Positions 39,401 to 51,600 of a stretch of 64,000 nt of DNA are shown here, piece after piece. A program made the translations under genes and the position numbers. Where the stretch lies: the NCBI RefSeq assembly GCF_052425735.1, contig NC_135759.1, forward strand, positions 28,520,001 to 28,584,000, in the 5' to 3' direction. Every line of letters starts with the position of its first letter. Positions within the stretch are counted from its first letter, which is position 1. Below the pieces are notes generated by a model. That model had not been told where the DNA came from and did not search any database. It worked only from the letters and a program-made list of their open reading frames with translations. Origin of the DNA: Oculina patagonica. Taxonomy: Eukaryota.

Positions 39401-39996
39401 GAGGAATGTATGGAATAAGACGATCATATCCTGTATATCATTCCATACACGATACGTTTTATTGGATGAAAACTTTTGTTGATCCTGAATTTAAAACTCA
39501 TCTAGCCGTGACAAAATACACGGGGATCTTTCTCCTCAAATTGGCCGACTCGGAGCTGTTACCTTTCAATACGACAACCTACGGAGAACTGCTACGATCG
39601 AAATCCATTACTTTGGAAACAAACGCTCGTCTTAAATCACACAACATCAGCACAGCTGCGTTATCTCGCGCAGTAAAGAACTTTGCGCAAATTTCGCGTG
39701 AGTTTGAAAGAAACAAGATGAAAGGGGGACCTGAGAAACTCCGAGCGTTAAACGATCAAATGATGCAACTTGAGAAAGCGTTTATACAAACAGTGGAGGC
39801 GAATGATCATAAACAACTGCGGCATGTTATTTATGGACCCAACCTTTCAAATCTTTATGGTGGTATTTATTTTCCTCGCGTACATCATGCCCAGAACAAA
39901 GCGGAAGAAACAGGAGACTGGAAACTAGTGGAGAAAGAAATCTCATTGCTGACATATGCAATTAATTCGGCTGCAAACGTTTTGAAACCGATCTGA
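35122..39996 (+). CDS. Peptidase M28B, glutamate carboxypeptidase II / NAALADase-like type II membrane protein (~746 aa; exons 35122-35387, 35956-36166, 36822-37019, 38066-38357, 38723-39996)
   Basis: N-terminal TM segment (IVAVGFASFLGGYLL), PHFAGS, PA-domain FRGNKV, GDPLTPG. Zinc/catalytic motifs GNHRDAW, GAAD, SWDAEE, YLNMD and YHSIHD. C-terminal TfR-like dimerisation helices (LNDQMMQLEKAFI, RHVIYGP). All junctions are GT-AG and in frame. Confidence 0.93.
35550..35724. mobile_element. Tc1/mariner-type MITE in intron 1 of the M28 gene
   Basis: TA TSD; TIR CAGTCGAATCCCGATAACTCGAAC. Confidence 0.8.
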
Positions 39997-40179
39997 CAAA
40001 CAAAGAATTTCTAGATGCTTAATTGTTGTTAAATTTTCTTTTAATTTTATGTACTGTTCGTGCACATTGTTGCAGGCAACACACTGTCTTCCAAGCAGAA
40101 GCTGAAATTAGCATATGAAATAAAATTTACTGAATAAAGAAAACTTGTTTGAATTAATGGACGCTTCATTTAGTCCCGT

Positions 40180-40380
40180 GTGAGGCGCGGTGGCCTTATA
40201 GTTAGTGCGTTGAACTCCGGATCGAGCGGTCCGGGTTCGAATCCTGTCCGGGGCACTGCTTTGTGTTCTTGGGCAAGACACTAAGCTCTCATAGTGCCTC
40301 TCTTCACCCAGGTGTATAAATGGACTCTAAATGGGTATCGGTGTTTTTATTGCTGAGGGGTAACCCTGCGGTGGACTAGC
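40180..40380 (+). mobile_element. tRNA-derived SINE running into the assembly gap
   Basis: GGTGGCCTTATAGTTAGTGCG..GGTTCGAATCC head and the same core as the 11866 copy. Confidence 0.8.
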
Positions 40381-40541
40381 NNNNNNNNNNNNNNNNNNNN
40401 NNNNNNNNNNNNNNNNNNNNNNNNNNNNNNNNNNNNNNNNNNNNNNNNNNNNNNNNNNNNNNNNNNNNNNNNNNNNNNNNNNNNNNNNNNNNNNNNNNNN
40501 NNNNNNNNNNNNNNNNNNNNNNNNNNNNNNNNNNNNNNNNN
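40381..40541. other. Assembly gap (N run)
   Basis: Run of N. Confidence 1.
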
Positions 40542-41228
40542 TAAGACTGAGCCAAAAAAAAATATTCAGAGTGGCCTATTTTCATGGCCCGTTATCAAAT
40601 TTTCTCTGTTTCTTCCGTCGCTCAGAAACGTGGCGGCTATTCTTTGCAAATCCATAGGAGGCAGATCCTCGTGTATCCCGCCGCTAAAAAAAATTATAGA
40701 AAACAATCTGTAGGCTACAAAAAATAACCAGTCTCTTACGCACGCAACAGAAGTCAACTATTACACTTCACATTAATTTTTTTACTTGTATTTATTAGTT
40801 TGGTCGTATCAGTAAAAAATTTAAAAGACATTTAATGGATGACATTTTCTTGCTTCTTTTCAGTGCGTATCAAGGATCAGTCAACTCATCTAAATTTCGT
40901 TTGTATTTAACGTAGTTCCCCCTCTGTACAGTTTGAAATTTCCCCTATTATACCTAAGAAAGTATTTACACATACTTGAATTTGCTTTATCGACTTTATT
41001 TTTCAAAGAAGTCGCAATTAAATATACTTTATCACTTGCCAATTTGGCTTTTCCCAGGCCTTAAGGCCACAGTCGCACTGCTACTGTGCAATTTTACAGT
41101 AGTGCTCAGTCTCTTGTCTTGTACACGGATCATTAGCAAACATGGATAGCAGAAAGGACCTTTCTACTATAACCATGTTGGCAAACAAACCCATGCATCG
41201 CCTTTTTGCTTATTATGAGCTTTTGTGA

Positions 41229-44200
41229 TTAGGGAAGAATGCTTGCTCGGTATTTCTGTTCGTTCTGTTGTTTGACGTGAATTCTCATTTCTTTCCTCCT
41301 CTCCGCGGTGTTTTTGATCTTGTCTATCCTCGCCTGACGATCCACCTCGCGTTGTTTCATCTGCTCTTCCCTGTTTAGTCCCATTCTTCTCTCGGTCACC
41401 AAGCGATCGTGGTGCGCTTCCACTCTCCTCTGTTCGCGATCTTTGAGTCCACTCTAAAGAAAACGGTGAAAAAAAAAAATTATACCGCAAATTGCACATT
41501 TACGAAGGAGCACATATAAAAGGAAAATGATACATCTCCCAGGTTCACTGAATGCAACGGTCTCTAGGGGCGATCGTGTGAAACTCATATCCAGAGGAGT
41601 GAAACACGATCGCCCCTAAAGACGACCGCGCGGGAGGCTACTCCCTGGTAAGCCTGTCAGCGCCACTTATCTCTCAACCCGTAGTGGCTTTTAAGTCTGA
41701 AATCGCTATCGATAGAACAGCAGCAAAAATTTTTGAATGCAGTTACATGATTTTGTACATTTGTATATTGAAAGTTCTTTTTCAGGAAATTTTACCAATT
41801 AAACGGTTTAAAAAAATGAATGCAATTTTAGGCAATCTATGGTAAAGAACACTCATTTGGCAAGACAGAAGGTAATCTCAGGGAAAAATTTCCTATTTGT
41901 CGTCACGTACCAGTCTTTGTGACTCATGATCTTTCGCGGCCCTCTCGTAACTGTTTTCTAATTCTTCGTGTTGCGTTCTTCGTTCTCTCATGGCTTCTAT
42001 CCGCGAGTGTTTCCACGTCTCGGCCTTTTCTTGCCTCTCTCGCTCCTTTTGGCAAAATTTTTCACTTGTCTGCCTCTTGCTCTCCATTCTCTCGCCTTCC
42101 TGGCGCGCCCTTTCAGCGGACTTCTCGGAAATTTGACGAGTTCGTTCGTCAACCATTTTTCTGCAAGAAAGCGAGACAGTGAGCGGGTCGTAACTTGTCG
42201 CAGATTCAGTAAATCTTACTCACATTGCCGAAATTATTAAAGTGCTGGGAAAGTCGCTGTGTAGGCCTCGACTGTGGGGCTTGGAGTGGGTACTAACTCA
42301 AAACAGACCTTTAACGCGGAGTACAGTCAACTCTCTCTTTAACGGACACCTGTATAAGACGGACACCTCTTTAAGAAGGACACCTGGTATTGGTCCCGTT
42401 CCTGCCGTTTTTCAGTCTTTTCTGTAGCTATAAAACTCCCTAAGCTACACAGTTTGCGCCGGTCCCGACAGTGTCCGTTTTAGAGAGCGTTGACTGTACA
42501 ATCATGATTGTAATTTTAAAGATTAGCCAAGACTCATGCTTACCCTTCATAACCCTTCTCAATCCTATTATTAAACAAACTTACATCCTGTTAAGTAGCT
42601 TATTTCCTCTGGCATGTTCAACCCAGCTATTTGACTTCTTTTGTTTTGAGTACCCTAACCGTAGTTCTTGTACGTCGCAAAGTGAAACTGGGGGCACACA
42701 AAGAACTGTACTAACCTGTGATAGTCATGTCTAGCCCGTTCTTTCTGCTGTTTCTCTAGGGAATCTTTTGCTATCTGTGCATAATATCTCTCGTTAGCAT
42801 CCCTCTTTGTCTCGAGGCGTTTTTTCTCTTTCCTATTTTTCTCGATTTCTCCTCGACCCAGGCCATCCTCCCAGTTGGACGACCGCTGAACCGCCACACC
42901 GGCGTCTTCAGGTCGCCAATTCCCATCAGAGCCGGTGTTGAATTTGTTATCTTGGAAATCGAAAATAACAACAAATTCAAATATTTGAGATTTGATGGTG
43001 TCTTTTTATCTTTGAGACGGTCTCAAGCATGAGAAAGCACAAGTCACATAACAGGTATGGTATAAAGGCAAGACAGTTTGGAAACGATGACCAATCATGT
43101 AAGCATTGTGTATGTCTCTGTCTTTTTATTCTGTTTTAATTTAATCTTTTCTTCAGCAAGATAATGAAGGGTGGAGAAAAAAACCTCCTCTATTTTCTCT
43201 GACATTTAACACATGAAAATATTTTTTTTCTTGATAAGAGGTGGAGGGGCGAAAGGGGGGAGGGGGGGGTAGGGCAATGATCATTGTCTCTGCGAGTAAG
43301 CTCTGAATAAACAAGCTATGCTCTACATGCTAAAGCAAAATTTTATAGTTTTTTCAGGTGCAAACAATTGCTAAGTATTTTAAGTTCTGTAAAAGCTTCA
43401 GTGTATTCAGATCAGTACTGTAGTTAAGCCCACCCCTGGCCTGGCGCACCTCTCTGAAACTTAAACTTTTCACAAGCTCCCCTCCCACTGCCTGGCTCGT
43501 GATACGGTCATACAAATGATTTGAAATAAGCCTCCCCTCATTAAATGCCCCTTTTCAATTAATCACCCTCTAAAAGTTGTGTAAAGAAAAACCCTCCTTT
43601 CCCTGGGGCTCAAAGCACTTTTACACTATTCTCCAATATTTACTCAAGCTACCTGTTGCAGGTGGGAATGGTACTCCTTTAGATGACTGGTATTCATGAT
43701 GCCTCAGCTGTGGTGGAGCAGACCTTGATAGTGTCTTGTTACCAGTTTTCTTCCACTGATGGTGCGGATGCCACTCTCCACCATCAAATTTTTTATCTGC
43801 AAGTTTACAGCAAATACAACAGATTATCATCCCAAACTCTCTGAGGGGACCTGCTTTAAAATTGATTCATTGTACATCATTAAGGTACACTTAAGGAGCA
43901 GTTTTCTTTAATTTGCTTTAAAGGCCATTAACAAGCAAGCATGATATACGAGCGGCAACATACATACATACATAAACTTTATGTAAGTGTCAAATAGTAT
44001 TTAGCTAAAGAGCTAATTGGGGACACTAAAATAAATATTACAAATATAAAATATAAAAATACTAATATTATATAAATAGATATAAAATATAAAAACACTA
44101 ATATTATATAAATAGATAAATAGATATAAAATGTTTTAATACTTAAGGCTAGGGTGGCAAGTAGGCAAGTAGCACAGGCGCCAGAAGAAGAAAAAAAGAG

Positions 44201-47200
44201 ACTATTTTTTCACTTTTCTTCTGACACCCATGCTTAACTCTCCACCCTAGCCTTAAGTATTAAAACATATCAACAGAATGACATCACCATATTACAGTGT
44301 ACCTGTTCCAGATGGGAAAGGAACACCAGCTACACTCTGATATTCCTGGTATCCTGGACGCTGGTTTTTGTCATCCCGAACTTCTGCTGGTTTTGCCAGT
44401 GCTGTCTCTCTGAATCTCGCAGGTCGTGGAGGCACCCCTGAACTCCACCAGCGCCAACGTTTCTTGGTCTCTGGTTTTCCACCAGCTTTTGAAAGTGGTG
44501 TTCCAACTGGCATGACTGGATCTGTATATCTTTTAAAATCTGTTGATGATTTGAAAAAAGATAAGTTACTAGAATTGGCTCTAAGCAGAAAACCTTTTTT
44601 GTCAAGAGAGTTTTTGGTGTTAAATTCAGGTGTTGTAGAATTCTGTACCACTGCCACTTGAGTAAAACAGATTAATTTAATTTGCAACTATGTAACTATG
44701 GTTTTAGATCATTTTCTGTGGCTTTGCCACAACTGTGGGGGGCTTTGCCTCAGAATATTTGATCTTGTTACAATCTGATACATGTATAAAAGAGTTATTT
44801 AACTCTTTAAGCACAAACTTTAAAGACTTAATAATCTTTGTAGGAAAGCCTTTAGTTAAGTTTTCTTTATAATTAAGGTATTCTTATAGTTAATTACTAC
44901 ACTATGGCAACTTAGCTAGTTTTTTTATTTTGTTATTGTTTTTTTTATTATACACATATTGTAAAGTTTTATGTAGATAGACAATTTTAAAATTGTAAAC
45001 ACAACTGACCTAAATCTTCAGTTCCAACACAAACATCAAATGTTTCATGTTTATATCCATTTCTGTCTTCCATGTTAACCAGTTCTTCTGTGTCGGTATC
45101 AGACAAATCTTCTTCAGCATCTTCCTCCTCATCAAGCCGCACCCTGTCCAGCAAATGCCTGTTCCTCTCAAGTTGTGAATTTATTTTGTCACTTAGTGCT
45201 CCTTTAGAATCATGTTTGAATGTGGCCTGTTTAGGTTGCCGTGGAGGGCTAAATGGCCGCTGCCATGTTGTGTAAATAGGAGGAGGTCTTCCTTGGTAGG
45301 GTGGTGTTGATGTATCGGCAGCAAGACGGATTTTTCTTCTCTGGGACTCTGGCAGTTGAAGCTCAGTTACAATGCGATCAAACACAGCAAGCGGTATCCT
45401 TACGGCAACTCCGGGAGAGAGCTGCTCTGTTTGGCCATTGTAAAATGCTACAAGAAGATCACCGCCTTCATAACCTGATTGGCAATTAACACAATAATGA
45501 AAATCAGGGTTGGTTCAACAACACTCAATTATTGAAAACATAGCAGTGGCGGATGCAGTCCCACCTTATTTTAAGAACAAATAGAGTCCCAAAGGGCCCC
45601 CCCCCCCTTATCTGAAGATCTGGATCCGCCACTGCAATGTGCTCTTAGTTGAGTTTACCCAACATCATACCTGAAAACTCTACAGATTTTCCCGGGAGTC
45701 TCCAAGTTTTTTGGAACATCAAATCTCCAGGTCTAAATGATATCCTAACAATGCAAAGATTTCTAGACATCTCTAGATTTTTGTACTCTGGGGGTTGGCA
45801 GGTAAGCCCAACATACATGTTTGTAAAAATATAATTATTATTACTGCTCTTCATGGCATTTTTCACAGTTATTAAATCAGGCACATCAATATATTTAGAT
45901 GTACATGCGATACTATGTACCTTGTGGTTGAAGATCTCGGCGGTCCACTCCATCAAGAACAGTTCCTGGCCCATAACGCCCATCACTCTGCCATGGAGCT
46001 AGTACTTTGTCTCCAATACACACATGGTGTCGTATGGCATCTTTATAGGCAACCATATCAAACAGAGCTACTTCTTGAAGGTGTGGTTTGCGTAGGGCAG
46101 GGCACTGGTCAAACTCAACTACAAACTTATCATTTTCTCCCTAAATTGAATTAAAATAAACTTATAAGGTTATTTCATCTTGCATGTATACATATACATC
46201 CAGTATTTCATTCTTTTAGGGGGGTATTTAGTTAATCATGTAAGTAACAATTTGAACTTTAGGTCTTATGTGCAATGTATCGATCGTTCCGACATGTAAG
46301 CTAGTTTCTGACAAACCTGTACTTATTTTCATCATTATGACTTTTGACTCTATCACAATGCATGCCCAAAACATACATGTATAATCCTTTATGGCTGGTA
46401 TGAATTAACTGTTTTTTTTTCTTATTCTCAAACCTAGCCTACAAACAGACTCCAGGTCTAGGGAATAGGTAAGTGGGAGGGGGGTGGCCCCCTTAGGCTC
46501 GATTTCCGGCACTGTTGTCGCTCTCTCAAGTCTGGTCTTCATTCCTCTGGGGGAGGAGTACGGGCTCATTTTCTTGAAAAGCAGCTGGAAATTGAGCCTA
46601 TGGCCTCCTTAGTAACTTGTCCCCTCACCCTGATCTACTCCCTGAGAAGGGAACCTGTTACATGCAGTCCCTGGGAGGGCACTAAAGGCCCTTTTAACTC
46701 TTTTAAAACCTAAATGACAGATTTCCATACCCTCGTATACCTAAACTTGTGAAATCCCTACCTTTTATATACCTGAAGCCGAAAAAGGACCCCGGGTGGA
46801 ACCTCCCTGATAGGCCACTATAGGGCGTACCCCCCCCCCCCGCCCCCTCCCGGGCATGCAGCAACTATCATAAGCTGGTGTTGACAATTCATTCATACAG
46901 CTGGATACATGTATACCTGTTCTTTGATAACTGCCATATAAAACAGACCATCAGAATCTTTTCGTGCCAACACCTTCATACCCTTCATTATACTGGCAGC
47001 TACTGGTACATTGGTGCTGCCGGTAGACTTTTCACTGTCTTTAGACAGCCCTCGGGATGCCAATACTGCGTCGGCATATTGCAAGACCTTTGACGTCCCT
47101 CTCTCCTGATCATACTTACTCCACGAAACATAGGGAATAGGGACAGATCCATGTGGTGCCCGGAGAAGAGTGACTGGGGTACCCGGATCATATATCCTAG

Positions 47201-47921
47201 GGACAAACCCCGATGCGGGAGGAGCCGAGGTAGGGCGATCAAGGGTGGAGTTTGAAGTGAAAACATTGGTAAGATTGGGTGATAAGAATTCGCCGTCATA
47301 ATGCCGCATGAATTCAGTCTTGTGGTTGAAGATCGGCGTGACTTTCTGGATCCTTCCATAAAGTGTGAGACTTATAGTGTGGAAAGAACCCTTTGTGATT
47401 TTGGCTAGCTCTTCTAGGAATTCCTTTGCGGCGGGATCCGAGTGTGTGCCAGTGAGATATATAGCGTGTATAGGCCGACCTTTATGTAGGCGACGGACGT
47501 TTTCCAATATGACTGGCGGACTTTGATCGGGCAGACCATCGGTGACTAGATAAATAGCATCCATTCCATCATCTTCGTAGGCTTCGATCAAAGCTTCCAT
47601 GGTGTTCGTTGATGTTCCACATTTCAGTTTGTGGATCCATTCGCTGGCGATGCTAACTGTGCGAGGAGTACAAGCCACTAATCTATCTGCCCATTTGTTG
47701 ACTTCTTCGTTAAATTCGATGATGTTGAACATGGTATCCCTGCCAGAAATCGCACGCGCGAACAATATTTCGAGCAAGTGTTCTTTGACGACATCGAAAC
47801 TGTGGTACATCGACCCTGAAGTGTCGAGAACAAAAACAACATTCTTTTCATAAACATTTCCGAAGATCGTAGGCCTTCCACGAAGAGGGGCAACTTGCTG
47901 CCCGTAAGAAGGGCTAACCAT
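41229..47921 (-). CDS. VWA + DUF4537 domain protein with C-terminal coiled coil (C11orf16/VWA3B-like, ~926 aa; exons 47921-46917, 46140-45921, 45474-45010, 44539-44303, 43796-43653, 42950-42716, 42160-41911, 41453-41229)
   Basis: VWA MIDAS motifs VLDTSGSM, STNT and YLVTDG. DUF4537-like GMKVLARKDSDGLFY and IGDKVLAPW..GRYGPGTVL. E/R/K-rich tail. Eight exons with GT-AG sites sum to 2781 nt in frame. The true start codon is uncertain. Confidence 0.85.
42324..42496. mobile_element. Tc1/mariner-type MITE (intronic)
   Basis: TA TSD; TIR CAGTCAACTCTCT / AGAGCGTTGACTG. Confidence 0.75.
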
Positions 47922-48374
47922 TTTGGAATGGAGCGTTTGATCAAAGTAGAAATCACATTAGAACGAGTGATCACTGAATTTAGCGCGTGCCAAACTTGTT
48001 GATGTTGCCATGCAGTCGCCAAGGGACTAACGGAAAACCGCTGACATGAATCCAGTGACAAAAGTTTCCCGAGGGTAGAGGGATGCGATGGGCAAAAACT
48101 CCAAACAAACTTTTTCATCCATAGCTATCAACAAATACTTGTCAAAATTCAAAATTTAAATCAAATGTCGAAGGAATAATTACTTCGTAGCCGTTTTTGA
48201 GAAATATTTGGGGATTTTGTGATTTTTGTTAGATACCCTATCACTACCCCCCTCGGTAATTAGTTTGGAACAGTTGGCGCGTCCTTGGCGCGTGCACGCC
48301 ACCATTTTGACAACAACGGTAAAGTCCGTCGATCTGTTCCGACTCTGTTCCTCAAAGAAACAAATTCGGATATC
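47922..48374. promoter_or_regulatory. Probable bidirectional promoter between the VWA/DUF4537 gene and AKIP1
   Basis: The divergent ATGs are only ~450 bp apart. CpG-containing tract ggcgcgtccttggcgcgtgcacgcc at ~48277-48300. Confidence 0.55.
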
Positions 48375-48645
48375 ATGCCTTTAAAGGTGAGTAAATTGAC
48401 TTAAACTATTGTTTTGTTATCCGAGTAAAAAGCTTCCTCAAAAGTTGCGTCTGAAGCAAGCTTTCTTGCTGTTTATCAGGGACTTGCGTCCTAAAATAGT
48501 GCACATATTCGAGTGTCAGAGATATACCTTCACTGACTGACCTTCACATTTTACCATTTGTTGTCGATTTCGTTGTTAAATGAGGTAAAATAAAGATGCC
48601 ATGAAATGAAGTTAACTTAATGGAGTATATATATATATAGGTAAT

Positions 48646-48695
<50 letters not shown>

Positions 48696-51600
48696 ACTGG
48701 AGATAAACAAACATTTCCAGTACCTCTGACACAAGCAGAGGGTATCTAAGAACGGTCTTCACTCTTGAAAGTGATACTGCATGTAGTTGATGTTTACACA
48801 TGAGAAGACAGAAAAGTAAACAATAATATAAACCACTGATGATTCTTGGTGTGGATTGTAATATTTAAAAACTCAGCCTTTGTGTTCTATTGGGTTTCCA
48901 AATACAAGTAAACAGATGAAAGGACAAGGCCACAGGGAAAGTGCTTTTATTGTTTTCAAGTTTTTGGAAAGTGAATTAAATGCAAAGCCCAAGTTTTTTA
49001 AATTACTTTCCGATAAATGCAATTGGAAATTTTCTATGTACTTGGCGCTCCTATTGAGGAAGTTTTTGTTTGTTATATTTGTTCGGAATTTCTATCATGC
49101 CACCAACTTGAGTTATCCAATTGTTGGCTTTGTCACGGCTATTTGACATCAAGAGTAAGGTTTGCGCAATTTCTGTGACCATTATCTGCCGCTTTGTGGT
49201 TGTTTGATTAGAGAGAGCATTTTGCCCTGACCAGCAAAGACAAACCAAGAATAAGAGCTTTGCTGAGAGAAATGGAGAATGATTGAAGTGACAATTGAAA
49301 TTGCATATTTCCACAGTGAAGAAGATTGTTTCTTCTTTTTGTATCCATCACTCCCATTATCCACCTAATTATCGCAACGCAAATGTGTTTCTCTATTTTT
49401 CAGGATGACGGCAGTTGGTTGAACTGTACACTATGTCGCTCAGGAAGGCAAGGTGTGTCCACACTTAATAAAGCTTTGCTAAGGAAGGTTGAGTGGCCTA
49501 GCCAAACAAACACTTCATTCCACTCATCTCAGGTAGGAAGGACTAGTAACTACTTATAGTCTGTAAAATAATTTGCATACCATAAATGTTCTAATAAACG
49601 CCCGCCCTCAAATAAACGCCTTGTATCTAAAAAACGCCTCCCCTGAAGTGTAAAGTTTGTATTAGACGCCCCCCTTTAATAAACGCTCTGTGTCTTTTAG
49701 ACACCCCCTGCAAGAAAATGCTCCATAGAGTAAAATCACGCAATTGCTGGTTTTCACTGTCACGCAATCAAAAAATAAATTCGAAACCATTCAACTACAG
49801 AAGCTATGAATTTCAAATATTATAGATGATAAATAGATAAACAATTTCTCCAAGTTTCGGGTCTGTGTGATGTACCGTTCGCGAGTTATTTTCCGAACCT
49901 TTCCACGCAAATTTATAAAGCTTAGTATGGAGATTTCATAACTGTGTCCTTCCGAGGGACACAAATATGGCCACCGTGATGTCAGAGAAACCATCTGGAA
50001 CTCAGTTCTGTTTACAACAGCGGCTATCCTTGGCTTAAGAGCTAGTACACGTTCACATAAACACCACTTATTATATCTGAAATCAAAATGGAAAGGAAAG
50101 ACCTTTTTTCAAACAAAACAGCTTTGTCACGGCACTCAGCTTGATGTCACATACGACGGAAAACTCAAATATTCAAAATGCTCTGTTTTAAAAACGAATG
50201 ACACTATCGATCTGGAAATTTGCAAAAATATATATTTTTAGTTTATCTTTCGCCTAATGACAGCGGACATTTTGCAGGCCTAGTGAAGTTTGATTTCAGA
50301 ATTTTATGACGTAACATGAAAACCAAGAATAAAGTTAGTTTTTGCTTGACTCGAACATCGAAGCGGCCAACAACGCCAACATGGTTGACACAAATGACAA
50401 TGAAAACATCGATATCGAACTATGAACAGCATCTCTAGGCTTTGCATTAGCACAGATTAGATTAGTCTCCTACTCACCAGCTCTGTTATGTATCTTACTC
50501 CACTAGAAAACTACCCATCCTATTTGTTTTTGTTACTGTTAAATTGAAATAAACGCCTCTCTCTAATAAATGCCTCATATCTATTATACGCCTCCCCTAG
50601 GACTCCAAAAATTTAACAGGCGACCTGGGCGTTTATTAGATCATTTACGGTAATCTTGGTCAACTAGTGCCATCTAATGATACAGTATACTATGCTGGTT
50701 CAAGTAAACTGTAATTGCAGGCCCCAGGAAATTGATTATTTAAGAGGTTACAATGTCTTTTTGAATGGGTTCAGTAAAAACAGCCTCATCTTTGATGTTC
50801 CTTGTCCAAGATTGCCGATACTGAAAATTGGCTGGAGAATGAGTTTTAAAGACAATTAGAGCAGTGTATTACTAGCAGGGAATTATCACTCTTACACATG
50901 TAACTGGGATGTTATATGGCTTAGAAAACATGTTTGCATGGAAATGAAGAATGATTAAAGAGAGGAGCAAAAAGTGCAGCATTGATATTTCGGGAAACTC
51001 ATTTGAAACCACAACTTGGGCCTATCTGAACCTCTGAGTTTAATGAAACCAAGAGAATGGAATTACTGATATTCTTATATTCTTGCAAATGATTTTTGTT
51101 GTTTTTTTTGAAGGAACCGATGGTGCACACCACAATAGAAGATGCATTTGACACAGTACTGCAGTACATGAATGTTACAAGCAGACAGTGTAAGGTGAGG
51201 TACTGAAAGTGCTTGTTAAGGTACATACCCACTCAACCCTCCAAGCTATTATTGATGTTTCTATACTGGTCAGTATTTTCACAGTTTCATGTGTGGTATG
51301 GAGAATAATATTACAGTCAAGTGTATAGCTCTTAAGTTATGACCACCATTGTGGAATGCAATTTCAATTGTCACTTCAGCATGCGAAGAAAGTCCTGTCC
51401 CAAAGCCCGGGTCTAGTGGATTTTTCTGCCAGCCTAGTCAATTTTATACATCATTTCCCTAGTCGGCAAGTAACATTTCTGGACTTTTTACCAAAGGGCA
51501 AGCTGGAAAATCTATTTTCTTTGCACCCTGCACTCAAACAATGTAGTTCATTTCCCAAATGTGATGCCACTGTACATATAACAATGTTACATTAAAATAT

